From Clostridiales bacterium (lineage in GTDB: Bacteria; Bacillota; Clostridia; Christensenellales; DTU072), in contig JAAZJD010000075.1 in the NCBI GenBank assembly GCA_012800525.1, forward strand, positions 6,499 to 70,498: a stretch of DNA of 64,000 nt. Direction: 5' to 3'. A program made the position numbers and the translations under genes. The notes below the pieces were generated by a model that saw nothing but the letters and a program-made list of their open reading frames with translations, did not search any database and was not told the DNA's origin. Positions 52,644 to 63,084 of the stretch are shown here, in pieces. How positions within the stretch are numbered: position 1 is the stretch's first letter; each line of letters opens with the position of its first letter.

Positions 52644-53954
52644 TTATATTATATATTTTTTCAAATTTTGCTCTTTAAGCGATTTGTCAGTATTTTTAAC
52701 TACAAAATCATAATCAATAACTAAATCAATTTCTTCAGCTAAACTTCCTGCATTATAACTAACTTCTTCAAGCAACATTTCCATAATAGCATGGAGCCTT
52801 CTTGCACCAATATTTTCTCTATTGATATTTTCCCAATATGCTAGTTTTGCAATCTCTTTTAATGCATCGTCAGTGAAAGTTAAGTTGATTTTATCTACTT
52901 TTAATAGGTGTTTATACTGCAAAGTTATTGCATTGTCTGGTTCTTTTAGTATTTTAAAAAAATCATCTTCAGTTAAACTATTAAGCTCCACATGTATTGG
53001 GAAACGACCTTGTAATTCTGGAATCAAATCACTAACTTTTGATATATGAAAAGCTCCAGCAGCTATGAAAAGCATATAATCAGTTTTTACATTCCCATAC
53101 TTTGTCGATACGGAACTTCCTTCAACAATAGGTAAAATATCTCTTTGCACTCCCTCACGAGATACATCTGGTCCAGAAAAACTTCCTTTTGAAGCAATTT
53201 TATCAAGTTCATCAATAAAAATGATTCCATGTTCTTCTGCTCGCGTTAAGGCCTCTTGAGTAATTGTCTCTTCATCAATAAGTTTATCAGCTTCTTCTTC
53301 TGTAAAAAACTTTAATGCCTCAGCAACTGACATCCTTCTTTTTTTTATTTGTTTAGGAAGCATTTTTGACATAAATTCAGATATATTAGTATCATTTCCA
53401 CCAAGCGGGCCAAGCTGCAATCCCTTAGGTTGCACAGGGATTTCAAGCTCCAAATTGATGTGATCTAATTTTCCATCTTTTAATTCTTCAAGGAGTTGCT
53501 CTCTAATTTCAGCATCACTTTTATCTTGGTAATTTTTCTTTCTAGCAGGGAACAGTGCTTCAACCAGTTTTTTTTCTGCTAACCCTTGAGCTTTAGGTTT
53601 CATTTCGGCAATCTTCTCATCTTTTACTAGTCGCATAGAAACTTCAACCAAATCTCTTACCATTGATTCAACATCTCGACCAACATAACCAACTTCAGTA
53701 AATTTTGTTGCTTCTACCTTTACAAAGGGAGCATTAACAAGCATAGCAAGTCGTCTTGCTATTTCCGTTTTCCCTACGCCAGTTGGTCCTTTCATAATTA
53801 TATTTTTAGGAGTAATCTCTGCTCTTATTTCTTTCGGCAAAACAGCTCTTCTATAGCGATTTCTTAAAGCAATCGCTACAGCTTTCTTTGCCTTTTCTTG
53901 ACCAATAATATATCTATCCAATTGTTCAACAATTTGTTTAGGGGTAAGTTCCAT
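52644..53954 (-). CDS. hslU: ATP-dependent protease ATPase subunit HslU
   Basis: 436 aa. LTPKQIVEQLDRYIIGQEKAKKAVAIALRNRYRR, Walker A GPTGVGKTE and IIFIDELDKI. Confidence 0.95.
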   Translation of the reverse strand: MELTPKQIVEQLDRYIIGQEKAKKAVAIALRNRYRRAVLPKEIRAEITPKNIIMKGPTGVGKTEIARRLAMLVNAPFVKVEATKFTEVGYVGRDVESMVRDLVEVSMRLVKDEKIAEMKPKAQGLAEKKLVEALFPARKKNYQDKSDAEIREQLLEELKDGKLDHINLELEIPVQPKGLQLGPLGGNDTNISEFMSKMLPKQIKKRRMSVAEALKFFTEEEADKLIDEETITQEALTRAEEHGIIFIDELDKIASKGSFSGPDVSREGVQRDILPIVEGSSVSTKYGNVKTDYMLFIAAGAFHISKVSDLIPELQGRFPIHVELNSLTEDDFFKILKEPDNAITLQYKHLLKVDKINLTFTDDALKEIAKLAYWENINRENIGARRLHAIMEMLLEEVSYNAGSLAEEIDLVIDYDFVVKNTDKSLKEQNLKKYII

Positions 53955-53956
53955 AA

Positions 53957-54496
53957 TTAACCTCCAATTTTTTCTATTGTTAAATTATCATTTGTAAAAA
54001 CACATAATTGCGAGGCAATTTTCATAGATTCTATAACAATTTCTTCTGCTGACAAATTTGTATTATTTTTTAAAGCAAGTGCAGCTGAAAGTGCATAATT
54101 CCCACCACTGCCAATTGCACATACACCAATTTCAGGGTCGACAATTTCCCCTGTTCCACTTATGATTAACATAGTATCTTTATTAGCGGCTATCATCATT
54201 GCTTCTAGTTTTCTTGCCTTATCCATCCTCCATTGATCTGCTAACTCAACAGCAGCACGCATTAAATTACCATTATATTTTTGAAGCATTTCCTCAAATT
54301 TTTCAGTTAGTGCAAAAGCATCACTTACAGAACCCGCAAAACCAAAAATAACTTCATCGTTAAATAAACGCTTTACTTTTACTGCATTACTTTTCAATAC
54401 AGTATTTTGATTCATTGTTACCTGACCATCGCCACCAATCACTGTGATTCCATTCTTTTTTACTGCACATATAGTTGTTCCCAATAAATTAAACAT
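53957..54496 (-). CDS. hslV: ATP-dependent protease subunit HslV
   Basis: The track start is GTG 54502. ATG 54496 has GAGG 5 nt upstream. It gives MFNLLG-TTICAVKKNG (catalytic Thr after a short propeptide), with GSGGNYA. Confidence 0.92.
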   Translation of the reverse strand: MFNLLGTTICAVKKNGITVIGGDGQVTMNQNTVLKSNAVKVKRLFNDEVIFGFAGSVSDAFALTEKFEEMLQKYNGNLMRAAVELADQWRMDKARKLEAMMIAANKDTMLIISGTGEIVDPEIGVCAIGSGGNYALSAALALKNNTNLSAEEIVIESMKIASQLCVFTNDNLTIEKIGG

Positions 54497-54607
54497 TTTC
54501 ACCTCAAAAATTATTCATAAAATATTTTATAAATTTAATTATACCATAATACGAAATATTATACTTATGTTTTACTATAAACTCTAGGCTTTAAAAATGT
54601 TAATTGC

Positions 54608-55936
54608 TCATCTCAAATTGATAATATCATCATTGATTTTTTGCTCAATAATATGTTGATTAATCAATTCCATTGCTCGGTTTGAATATGCTAATTTTCT
54701 CGCCTTTTTATCTTTTATGGTGATTTTGTTTTCAAACAATTCAAAGTTTACTGGCATTGGTTGATAATCACCTTTATAATTTGAAACATAATCTAATAAA
54801 GCCCCTGACAATGTGTCTGTTGAAAATTTAATATATGGTTTTTTATTGATATATCTGGCCATATTTATTCCAGCAATAATACCCATTATAGAACTTTCCA
54901 TATAGCCCTCAACACCTAAAATTTGTCCAGCAAAAAAAATTCTTTCATCTTTTACAAAATTTAGATTAGATGATATGTTGCCTGGAGATTTAATATAAGT
55001 ATTTCTATGCATAACACCATATCTCACAAAATCTGCATTTTTTAATGCTGGAATTAGTCCAAATACTCTTTTTTGTTCTGTGAAAGTCAAATTTGTTTGA
55101 AACCCTACCAAATTATATAGCTCGTCATAGTTATCTTCTTTTCGTAATTGAACAATGCCCCAAGGCTTTTCATTAACTTGATTATAAAAACCAACTGGAC
55201 GCAATGGACCAAATCTCAAGGAATCCATCCCTTTTCTCGCCATTTCTTCGATAGGCATACATCCTGAAAATATTTCTCTTTTTTCAAAATTTTTTAAAAT
55301 AACTGTTTTTGCATTTATTAACTCATCACAAAAAAGATAATATTCTTTCTCATTTAATGGGCAATTAATATAATCATCAGTACCCTTATTGTATCTTGAA
55401 CCATAAAATGCTTTTGTAAAATCAATAGAATCTTTTGTTATTATTGGAGATACAGCATCGTAGAAATACAATTTTTCTACCCCTAATAAATTTTCTATAT
55501 TAGAACAAATAGAACTGCTTGATAATGGTCCAGTTGCGACAATATCAAAAGGCTGGATTTCTTTTACCTCTTCTCTAATCAAACTAAAACGATTAAAACT
55601 TGCAAGTTTTGCTTCAATAAATTTTGAAAATTTCATTCTATCTACAGCAAGTGCACTCCCTGCTGGAACTTTTGAAAAATGCGCTGCTTTTATAACAAGA
55701 GAGTTTAACATAGACATTTCTTTTTTTAACAAGCCTTGTGCTGTAGAAATATCTTCACTTTTTAGACTATTTGAACAAACCAATTCAGCAAGAAATGGTG
55801 TCGTATGAATTGGAGTATTCAAAACTGGTCGCATTTCATATAAATCAACTGTAATTCCTCTAATGAGAAGTTGATATGCAGCTTCTATGCCAGCTAATCC
55901 ACCACCAATGACTCTAACTTTCATTTGAAAACTCAA
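54608..55936 (-). CDS. trmFO: methylenetetrahydrofolate--tRNA-(uracil54-C5)-methyltransferase TrmFO
   Basis: 442 aa. FAD motif VIGGGLAGIEAA, with CSNSLK and FAGQILGVEGYMES. The start may instead be ATG 55924, since 55936 is TTG. Confidence 0.92.
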   Translation of the reverse strand: MSFQMKVRVIGGGLAGIEAAYQLLIRGITVDLYEMRPVLNTPIHTTPFLAELVCSNSLKSEDISTAQGLLKKEMSMLNSLVIKAAHFSKVPAGSALAVDRMKFSKFIEAKLASFNRFSLIREEVKEIQPFDIVATGPLSSSSICSNIENLLGVEKLYFYDAVSPIITKDSIDFTKAFYGSRYNKGTDDYINCPLNEKEYYLFCDELINAKTVILKNFEKREIFSGCMPIEEMARKGMDSLRFGPLRPVGFYNQVNEKPWGIVQLRKEDNYDELYNLVGFQTNLTFTEQKRVFGLIPALKNADFVRYGVMHRNTYIKSPGNISSNLNFVKDERIFFAGQILGVEGYMESSIMGIIAGINMARYINKKPYIKFSTDTLSGALLDYVSNYKGDYQPMPVNFELFENKITIKDKKARKLAYSNRAMELINQHIIEQKINDDIINLR

Positions 55937-55951
55937 AAATAATTAAATCTA

Positions 55952-58051
55952 TTATTTGTTATTTGATACTATTCGATGTTTACAGGTTCCTTTTGTACAA
56001 ACATATATCTCCGAATTTTTTCCATCAGAAATTGTCATAGGACTATTACATTTTGGACACAAAATTGGAGCTGGTTTATTCCAAGTTGCAAATTGGCATT
56101 TAGGATAGTTAGAGCAGCCATAGAAAATTTTTCCAGTTCTAGTTCTTTTTTGCAAAATAGTCCCCCCGCAATCTGGACATATTCCAACAGGGTCAATTAT
56201 ACTTTTTATATTTTTACATTGAGGATAGTTGGGGCAAGCTAAAAACTTCCCAAACCTTCCATCCTTAACAACCATATTTGCACCACATTTTTCGCAAATT
56301 TGTTCCGATACCTCATCTTCTATATGAATTTTATCTGTTTTGCTTGCAGCATCTACATCTTTAATAAATTTGGGATAAAATGAATGTAAAACATCGTGCC
56401 AAACTAACCCTTGCTCTATTTCATCTAACCTATCTTCCACTTTAGCTGTAAAATTTATGTCAACGATATCAGTGAAATGTTCTATCATAAACTGATTTAC
56501 TAGTTCCCCTAGTTGAGTCGGTTTTAAAATACGCTTTTCCTTTTCCATATATTTTCTATTTAATAAAACAGAAATAATTGTTGCATATGTAGAAGGCCTA
56601 CCTATCCTATTATCCTCCATAGCCTTTATTAGTGAAGCTTCGGTGTATCTTGCAGGAGGTTGTGTAAATTTTTGCTCTTTAGTTACTTTATTTAACAAAA
56701 GCACATCGCCAGTTTTTAAATTTGACAAATCACTTGTGCCTGTATTATCAACATCATCTGTATTATTATTCGAATATACTATTAAATGTCCATCAAATAT
56801 ATTTTCTTTCTCTGACAGCTTAAATAAATGTTCGGATGAAACACTTTTAGCTAAAATATCAATATTTATTGAATTAAATCTTGCTTCTGACATTTGACTA
56901 GCTAGATATCTATCATATATTAGTTTATAAAGCCGGTATTGCTGATTACTTACTTTATCCTTAATGCTATCTGGTGTAATTTCCAAAAAAATTGGGCGAA
57001 TTGCTTCATGAGCATCTTGGGAAGAACTCTTATTTTTATAAATATTAAACTTCGATGGAACATAATTATTTCCATATTTTTCTAAAATAAATTTTTTGGT
57101 TTCTTGTTGAAATTCTGGAGATATTCTTACACTATCAGTTCTAATATAGGTTACCAACGCAATGTGTCCAAGTCCCTCAATATCGAACCCTTCATATAGC
57201 TGCTGTGCGATTCTCATTGATGCAGAAGATGACATTCCAAGCTTAATTGACGCATCTTGTTGCATTGTACTTGTCGAAAAAGGAGCATATGGTTTTTGGA
57301 TAGTTTCAGATTTTTTAACTTCAAAAACACTCCACGTTGAATTTTTACATTCCTGTTCTAAGCGTTTTGCCGTTTCTTCGTTTTCTATTTTTATTCTTTT
57401 CTCTATAGAACCATAATATGTAGCCTTGATTGTTTTTTTTGAATTATCAGTTAGAAATGCAAATATTTGCCAATATTCTTCCGGCTTAAAATCTTTTATT
57501 TCTTGTTCTTTGTCAACAATCATTTTTAAAACAGCCGATTGAACTCTTCCACCAGACAAACCAGATTTAATTTTTCTTGATAGTATTGGACTGACCTTAT
57601 ATCCCACTAGCCTATCTATTACTCTTCTAGCCTGTTGAGCGTTTACTAAATTCATATTGATGTTTTGTGGGGTCTCTATAGCTTTGGTGACTGATTTTTT
57701 AGATATTTCATCAAAAGAAATACGATTTTCATGATCTAAAATATCCAAATAAGAAGCAATATGCCAACCTATTGCCTCTCCTTCTCTATCTGGGTCAGTT
57801 GCAATATAGATTTCTGTTGCTTTTTTAGACAATTCTTTAAATTGATTTAAAAGATCTTTTTTCTTTTTATCAGTGTAAGTATATTCCGGCTTAAAATTAT
57901 TCTTAATATCTATTCCTAAAGATTTCTTTGGCAAATCACAAACATGACCTCCAGATGCTACAACTTTATATTCTGGACCTAAATATTTTTGAATGGTTTT
58001 TGCTTTTGATGGTGATTCAACTATTACTAATTTCATTATTTTTTTTACCAT
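55952..58051 (-). CDS. topA: DNA topoisomerase I
   Basis: 699 aa. TOPRIM LVIVESPSKAKTI, DPDREGE and active-site YIRTDS, with three C-terminal Cys4 zinc ribbons. Confidence 0.95.
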   Translation of the reverse strand: MVKKIMKLVIVESPSKAKTIQKYLGPEYKVVASGGHVCDLPKKSLGIDIKNNFKPEYTYTDKKKKDLLNQFKELSKKATEIYIATDPDREGEAIGWHIASYLDILDHENRISFDEISKKSVTKAIETPQNINMNLVNAQQARRVIDRLVGYKVSPILSRKIKSGLSGGRVQSAVLKMIVDKEQEIKDFKPEEYWQIFAFLTDNSKKTIKATYYGSIEKRIKIENEETAKRLEQECKNSTWSVFEVKKSETIQKPYAPFSTSTMQQDASIKLGMSSSASMRIAQQLYEGFDIEGLGHIALVTYIRTDSVRISPEFQQETKKFILEKYGNNYVPSKFNIYKNKSSSQDAHEAIRPIFLEITPDSIKDKVSNQQYRLYKLIYDRYLASQMSEARFNSINIDILAKSVSSEHLFKLSEKENIFDGHLIVYSNNNTDDVDNTGTSDLSNLKTGDVLLLNKVTKEQKFTQPPARYTEASLIKAMEDNRIGRPSTYATIISVLLNRKYMEKEKRILKPTQLGELVNQFMIEHFTDIVDINFTAKVEDRLDEIEQGLVWHDVLHSFYPKFIKDVDAASKTDKIHIEDEVSEQICEKCGANMVVKDGRFGKFLACPNYPQCKNIKSIIDPVGICPDCGGTILQKRTRTGKIFYGCSNYPKCQFATWNKPAPILCPKCNSPMTISDGKNSEIYVCTKGTCKHRIVSNNK

Positions 58052-58078
58052 TATTAAATTTATTGGAAAACAACTTTA

Positions 58079-60331
58079 TTATTTTTCATCTTTATCTTTG
58101 ACAGTTTCAATAATATCTTTTTCTTTGCTTTTTTCTAGTTTTCTTTGCTTCCTTTCTTGAGATAAAGCTGAAAAAAACATTTGAATTTTTACATTTATAA
58201 GTTTAACATTGTTATAAAGCTTTTTACTTTGAAATTTAAGATGATCCCAATATTTTAATTCTATTGGCTTAATTACCGAAAGTTTTTTTGATATTAAAAT
58301 ATCATACAAAACAACAACATAATATACTACAAGCAAAAGGTTAATTGCACCCATCACATATACTATTGATGTTTTAGCGTAATCAATATGTATTATGCCT
58401 GAAGCATTATATCCTACAATTAAGTGAACATATGAAAGATTAATATATGCAGTCAACGTATATAGTAAAAAAACAAAATATAGTCTTTTATCTTTGTATA
58501 GTGTGGCACCTATAAACATTACAGGTAACAACAAAATCAAAACTTCAGGAGTCATGCGATTTAAAAAAGTCCAAGCCATTACACTAAAACCAGATGTTAA
58601 AACGAGCAACTGCAAACGATTTCTCGTTCTTATATACAAAACAGATACAATAATTACCAAAAAGAGTACAAACAAAATTGAAACTAATGTTGATTGCGAT
58701 GTAATCTCAACAAAATTATTTTTTAACAATCCTTGAAAATTAAATGCATTTAGTGTATAAACATTTTGACCTTTTACAATTGTAATAAAATGAGAAAATG
58801 AATGCATTGCTGTTCCGTTTTTAACAAAATCAATGGAGAAGGGTAATGTAATCAAATAAAAAACAAAGAAAAATCCAACAAATAACGATATAGCTAAAAT
58901 GCTCTCTTTTATTTTTTGATCTCTTATACCCAAAACAATGTAAACGCCTGCATATAGAACAAAAGCAGGTATAAACAATAAAGAGGCTACGGATGTCATA
59001 CATGCAAAAAAATACATTATACTAGACAGTATATAGTTTTTATCCAATAAGAAGAAAAATGCAGCAACAAGCATAAGCGAGGCGAAACTTGATGTAACAC
59101 TCCAGCCAGCACTTGATGATAAAAACATTACAGGCATCAATGTATAACAAGATGACATGATTAAAGCTGAAGTGTTTCCTTGTCTCTTAGAAATCATTCT
59201 ATATATCAATAAAACTGTTCCAATATCAGCAAATATCGCAAAAAGTTTAAGCAAACTTACCGTTACAAGTTCAGCTGCATTCGAAGATGTGTTACCTATA
59301 ACACCTGCTAACGAGGCTAAATAAAGAGGTATTGGTAAAAACGTAGATGTTATATTGTTTTTTAAAAAATACACAGTTCCATGCTTAGCAATCCATTGTC
59401 CTTGAAAAGCTAATTGTTCAAGATTAAAGCCAAACAAACTTTCCGTAATGCCTTTTTGAGCAGACATGCCTGATTGCACGGCTAAAATAATGCCCCTAAT
59501 CAATATAGTTAAAGAAACAAGAATAGCTGGTGCTACTACTTTATTGTTGTGTAGTGCATCATAAAATCTATTTTTACTTTTTATGGACTCAAATGCCAAA
59601 TCTCTAGATTTCAAAATATAAAAAATATAACCAAGCACAAAAACTAAAGCACAACCAAGCACAATATATACAATATTATCAACTGAAGCTTTACCAAAAA
59701 TAGTTGATTTTAGATTATATAATCCATAAATTTTACCTTCATTTTTTGCAACAGTTTCTTCAACTTGTTCAATTTTTAAATTATTTAATGTAGCATGACC
59801 TTTCACTGGAAGATCCGCTGTGCCTAATGCAACTTTTAAATTATATATTCTACTGCGATCTGATTTAAAATAAAAAACAACTGGCTCGTTAATATCCATT
59901 TCTTTGCCTGATATATGGTTAGTTTTTTTCTCATGTGTCACATTAAAATTGGGGTCTTCAACAAACCCGATGAAAAGCCCAGTGGTTAACAAAGGATTTT
60001 CGCCGGTGCCAGATAAAGCTGTTTCTATTTCATAATTATAAGATACCTTATAATATGTATTGGGCTTTAATTTAATCTCTTGAGAAGCATAAGCATACCC
60101 ATCTACACTCATACTCAAGCCATTTTCAGCAAAACTATAAATATCTTCAGATGTTCCAGAATAAACCAAATTCCAATGTTTTTTTGCATCTTCAGTACTA
60201 TCATAAGCAAACATATTTTCAGAATTGGCAACCTTTAACAAATCTACTTTTGCGCATCCAGATAGAATTGACAATAGAGATAAAACAATAATTACCAAAA
60301 CTACCGTGTATAATAAACACTTCTTTTTCAT
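58079..60331 (-). CDS. large polytopic membrane lipoprotein of unknown function (N-terminal extracytoplasmic beta-rich domain plus about 13 TM)
   Basis: The track ORF is extended to 60379 through a hairpin. ATG 60331 follows AGGAAGGAA and gives MKKKCLLYTVVLVIIVLSLLSILSGC (perfect lipobox LSGC). About 200 aa of a soluble domain follow (HWNLVYSGTSEDIYSF.., YYKVSYNYEIE), then many hydrophobic helices reminiscent of GT-C-type glycosyltransferases. No diagnostic motif recognised. Confidence 0.6.
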   Translation of the reverse strand: MKKKCLLYTVVLVIIVLSLLSILSGCAKVDLLKVANSENMFAYDSTEDAKKHWNLVYSGTSEDIYSFAENGLSMSVDGYAYASQEIKLKPNTYYKVSYNYEIETALSGTGENPLLTTGLFIGFVEDPNFNVTHEKKTNHISGKEMDINEPVVFYFKSDRSRIYNLKVALGTADLPVKGHATLNNLKIEQVEETVAKNEGKIYGLYNLKSTIFGKASVDNIVYIVLGCALVFVLGYIFYILKSRDLAFESIKSKNRFYDALHNNKVVAPAILVSLTILIRGIILAVQSGMSAQKGITESLFGFNLEQLAFQGQWIAKHGTVYFLKNNITSTFLPIPLYLASLAGVIGNTSSNAAELVTVSLLKLFAIFADIGTVLLIYRMISKRQGNTSALIMSSCYTLMPVMFLSSSAGWSVTSSFASLMLVAAFFFLLDKNYILSSIMYFFACMTSVASLLFIPAFVLYAGVYIVLGIRDQKIKESILAISLFVGFFFVFYLITLPFSIDFVKNGTAMHSFSHFITIVKGQNVYTLNAFNFQGLLKNNFVEITSQSTLVSILFVLFLVIIVSVLYIRTRNRLQLLVLTSGFSVMAWTFLNRMTPEVLILLLPVMFIGATLYKDKRLYFVFLLYTLTAYINLSYVHLIVGYNASGIIHIDYAKTSIVYVMGAINLLLVVYYVVVLYDILISKKLSVIKPIELKYWDHLKFQSKKLYNNVKLINVKIQMFFSALSQERKQRKLEKSKEKDIIETVKDKDEK

Positions 60332-60360
60332 ATATTCCTTCCTAAAACTATAATATTCAA

Positions 60361-60385
60361 TTAGACATGCACAATGCATGTCTAA
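60361..60385 (-). terminator. perfect 11-bp hairpin downstream of rplS (terminator/attenuator in front of the membrane lipoprotein gene)
   Basis: TTAGACATGCA-caa-TGCATGTCTAA. On the minus-strand RNA it is followed by UUGAAUAUUAUAGUUUU and then, 29 nt later, the RBS/ATG of the next gene. Confidence 0.55.
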
Positions 60386-60406
60386 CCTATTATTATTAAT
60401 AAAAAA

Positions 60407-60748
60407 CTATTTTGCTTGTTTAACTCTTGCTGCTTTGCCTGTGCGGCCTCTTAAATAGTAAAGCTTTGCTCTTCTCACTTTTCCTTTTCTAACCACCTCT
60501 ATATTCGCTATCTTGGGACTATGTAGAGGAAAAGTTCTTTCGACACCTACACCAAAAGAAATGCGTCTTACAGTAAAAGTTTCACTAATTCCTGCATTTC
60601 TTCTTGCAATAACTATACCTTCAAATGCTTGAAGTCTTTCTCTAGTTCCTTCAACAACACTCACATATACCTTAACAGTATCACCTACATTAAACTCAGG
60701 CACATTTTCTTTTAAATAATCTTTTTCAATTGCTTCTAAAACATTCAT
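60407..60748 (-). CDS. rplS: 50S ribosomal protein L19
   Basis: 113 aa. [57 protein letters not shown] is the canonical L19 sequence. Confidence 0.97.
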   Translation of the reverse strand: MNVLEAIEKDYLKENVPEFNVGDTVKVYVSVVEGTRERLQAFEGIVIARRNAGISETFTVRRISFGVGVERTFPLHSPKIANIEVVRKGKVRRAKLYYLRGRTGKAARVKQAK

Positions 60749-60751
60749 AAT

Positions 60752-60812
60752 TTACCTCCATGTCAATAAACATACGATCCTAGGATTTTTAATCGAAGAG
60801 GTTTATTGCAAA
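60752..60812 (-). promoter_or_regulatory. candidate rplS 5' leader hairpin (L19-leader-like)
   Basis: In the minus-strand RNA, CAAUAAAC...GUUUAUUG (8 bp) encloses CGAU...AUCG and ends 4 nt before the GGAGG SD. This location matches the L19 leader known in low-GC Gram-positives. Covariance was not testable here. Confidence 0.35.
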
Positions 60813-60821
60813 TTCTTGTTA

Positions 60822-60850
60822 ATAATATCAAAAATAAAATTTGTTTACAA
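60822..60850 (-). promoter_or_regulatory. possible sigma-A promoter for rplS
   Basis: The minus strand reads TTGTAA-17 nt-TATTAT. Confidence 0.4.
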
Positions 60851-60919
60851 GCATTTAATATATAATAATATAAAATGTTAATGAAGTTATTAAAAAATCA
60901 CAAAATTTAAATCTAAAAT

Positions 60920-61522
60920 TTAAACAAAGTTTTTAATAAAAGAATTTCGATGTATTGGACTAACCCCATGTTTTTGAATCATTTCAATATGATATTTTGT
61001 GCCATAACCTTTATGACGATCAAAGCCATATTGAGGATATATTTTTGCATATTCTAACATTTTAAAATCTCTTTCCACTTTTGCAATGATTGAAGCACAA
61101 GCAATAGCATAGCTTTTCATATCCCCTTTTATAATAGATTTTGAATCAAACTCAGTTTTTATTGACACAGCATCAATTAATATAATATCAGGAGTCGGGG
61201 CTATGCCTTTTAGGCACTCTTTCATAGCCAATTTGGTAGCCTGTAATACATTAATGGAATCAACAATTTTTTCTGACACAAAAACCGTTTTGTAATATAA
61301 AGAGGTATTAATTAGCTGTTTATAAATCTCTAAACGTTTTTTTTCTGATAATTTTTTACTATCATTTACACCATCAATTAATTTAGAAAAATCAGGTATG
61401 CATGCACAAGCCACTACAGGACCTGCAAGAGGCCCCCTACCTGCTTCATCAATTCCACAAACAATTTTGTTTTTATAATCATAGTTTTGATCTATAAATT
61501 CAATCATACTTTTAAATGTCAC
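60920..61522 (-). CDS. rnhB: ribonuclease HII
   Basis: 200 aa. GIDEAGRGPLAGPVV, DSKKLS and ASIIAKVERD motifs. Confidence 0.93.
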   Translation of the reverse strand: MTFKSMIEFIDQNYDYKNKIVCGIDEAGRGPLAGPVVACACIPDFSKLIDGVNDSKKLSEKKRLEIYKQLINTSLYYKTVFVSEKIVDSINVLQATKLAMKECLKGIAPTPDIILIDAVSIKTEFDSKSIIKGDMKSYAIACASIIAKVERDFKMLEYAKIYPQYGFDRHKGYGTKYHIEMIQKHGVSPIHRNSFIKNFV

Positions 61523-62369
61523 TAAAATCTAAATCGTCAAGACATGCCAATCCTAAAAGACCATTTCTAAAATCTCCAATTATTATCTTGGCAGTTCGTT
61601 CCTTATCTATCTTTTCATTTTTGAGTATAGCCCCTCGTATTTTCGCTATAGCATTAAATATTTCATCTATTGTTTTATTTTCTATATCTATGTCATATCT
61701 AGCAATAAAATTTTTATAGAAATTTTTACTCATTAAAGAGATGATTTTTTTTGAAAGTTCAACTTGATCAACAATTTCATCACTAATACTACCAATCATA
61801 CTTAATTTCAACGCAACGTTTTGATCTTCAAAAGATGGATATAATACCCCAGGACTATCGATAAGATTAATGTTTTTGTTAACTGAAATAATTTGTTGCC
61901 CTCTTGTTATCCCTGGCTTGTTTGCCCTTTTTGCTTTATATTTTCCGGCTAAATTATTAATTAAAGTTGACTTACCACTGTTAGGTATACCTACAACCAT
62001 AGAGCTAACCTTTACATTTGCTCCTCGATTTTTATAATATTCAATTTTATTTTTATTGATTTCGTGTAATTCATCTAATAAATATTTTGTATTTTGCAAA
62101 TTTAAACTGTTCATGTATATACAAGATGAGCCAATCTTCATAAAATAGTTTTTCCACTTTTGCAAAGATTTAGGGTTTACTAAATCAGATTTGTTTAAAA
62201 CATATAAAGTTGGCATATGCCTGAATATCTCATCCAGTTCTGGATTTAAACTGGACTTTGGAGCCCTTGCATCAAGCAAATATATAACACTATCCACTTT
62301 TGAAAGTTCTGACTGAATCTCTCTTAATGCTTTCGTCATATGTCCAGGAAACCATTGTATATTATGCAT
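61512..62369 (-). CDS. rbgA: ribosome biogenesis GTPase A (YlqF/RbgA)
   Basis: 285 aa. WFPGHMTKA and the circularly permuted GTPase order (NKSDL before GIPNSGKST, then DSPG). Confidence 0.9.
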   Translation of the reverse strand: MHNIQWFPGHMTKALREIQSELSKVDSVIYLLDARAPKSSLNPELDEIFRHMPTLYVLNKSDLVNPKSLQKWKNYFMKIGSSCIYMNSLNLQNTKYLLDELHEINKNKIEYYKNRGANVKVSSMVVGIPNSGKSTLINNLAGKYKAKRANKPGITRGQQIISVNKNINLIDSPGVLYPSFEDQNVALKLSMIGSISDEIVDQVELSKKIISLMSKNFYKNFIARYDIDIENKTIDEIFNAIAKIRGAILKNEKIDKERTAKIIIGDFRNGLLGLACLDDLDFSDI

Positions 62370-62385
62370 TTGCCATCTCCTATAA

Positions 62386-63057
62386 TTATTCTAGTAAATC
62401 TGGTCTATTTTTTTTAGTAATGATTTTGCTTTGTTTTACACGCCATTTTGCAATTTCTTTATGATTTCCACTGAGCAAAACTTCTGGAACTTTTCGATTT
62501 TCGAATTCAGCAGGACGTGTATATTGAGGATATTCTAATAAACCACTTTCAAAACTCTCTTCTACAATAGATTTTTGATCTCCTAAAACAGAATCTACAT
62601 ATCTAGATATTGTGTTAATTAAAACAAGAGAAGCATAATCGCCAGATGTCAAAATATAATCGCCAATCGAAAGTTCTAAATCAACATGCATATCAATGAT
62701 TCTTTGATCTATCCCCTCATAAGCACCATTAATTAACAATATTTTATCATTATTAGAGCTTAAATTCTTAACTATCTGTTGAGTTAGCACTTTTCCTTTT
62801 GGAGATAAATAAATTCTTAAAAACTCGTGTTTAGGGTCATTTGAAAGTATAGCATCATGCAAAGGTTGAGGAGTCATCAGCATTCCTGCTCCACCCCCAA
62901 AAATATAATCATCGCATTTTTTGTGTTTATCTTTAGAATAATCTCTAATGTTTATCAATTCAATTTGAATCTTTTGTGCATCTAAAGCTTTCCCCATAAT
63001 GCTATGAGTCAAACTAGAATATATTTCTGGAAATAATGTAAGAACAATAAAATGCAT
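62386..63057 (-). CDS. trmD: tRNA (guanine37-N1)-methyltransferase
   Basis: 223 aa. LTLFPE, DDYIFGGGAGML, GAYEGIDQR, SIGDYILTSG and YTRPAEF. Confidence 0.95.
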   Translation of the reverse strand: MHFIVLTLFPEIYSSLTHSIMGKALDAQKIQIELINIRDYSKDKHKKCDDYIFGGGAGMLMTPQPLHDAILSNDPKHEFLRIYLSPKGKVLTQQIVKNLSSNNDKILLINGAYEGIDQRIIDMHVDLELSIGDYILTSGDYASLVLINTISRYVDSVLGDQKSIVEESFESGLLEYPQYTRPAEFENRKVPEVLLSGNHKEIAKWRVKQSKIITKKNRPDLLE

Positions 63058-63084
63058 GATTACTCCAAAACATTATAAATTTTA

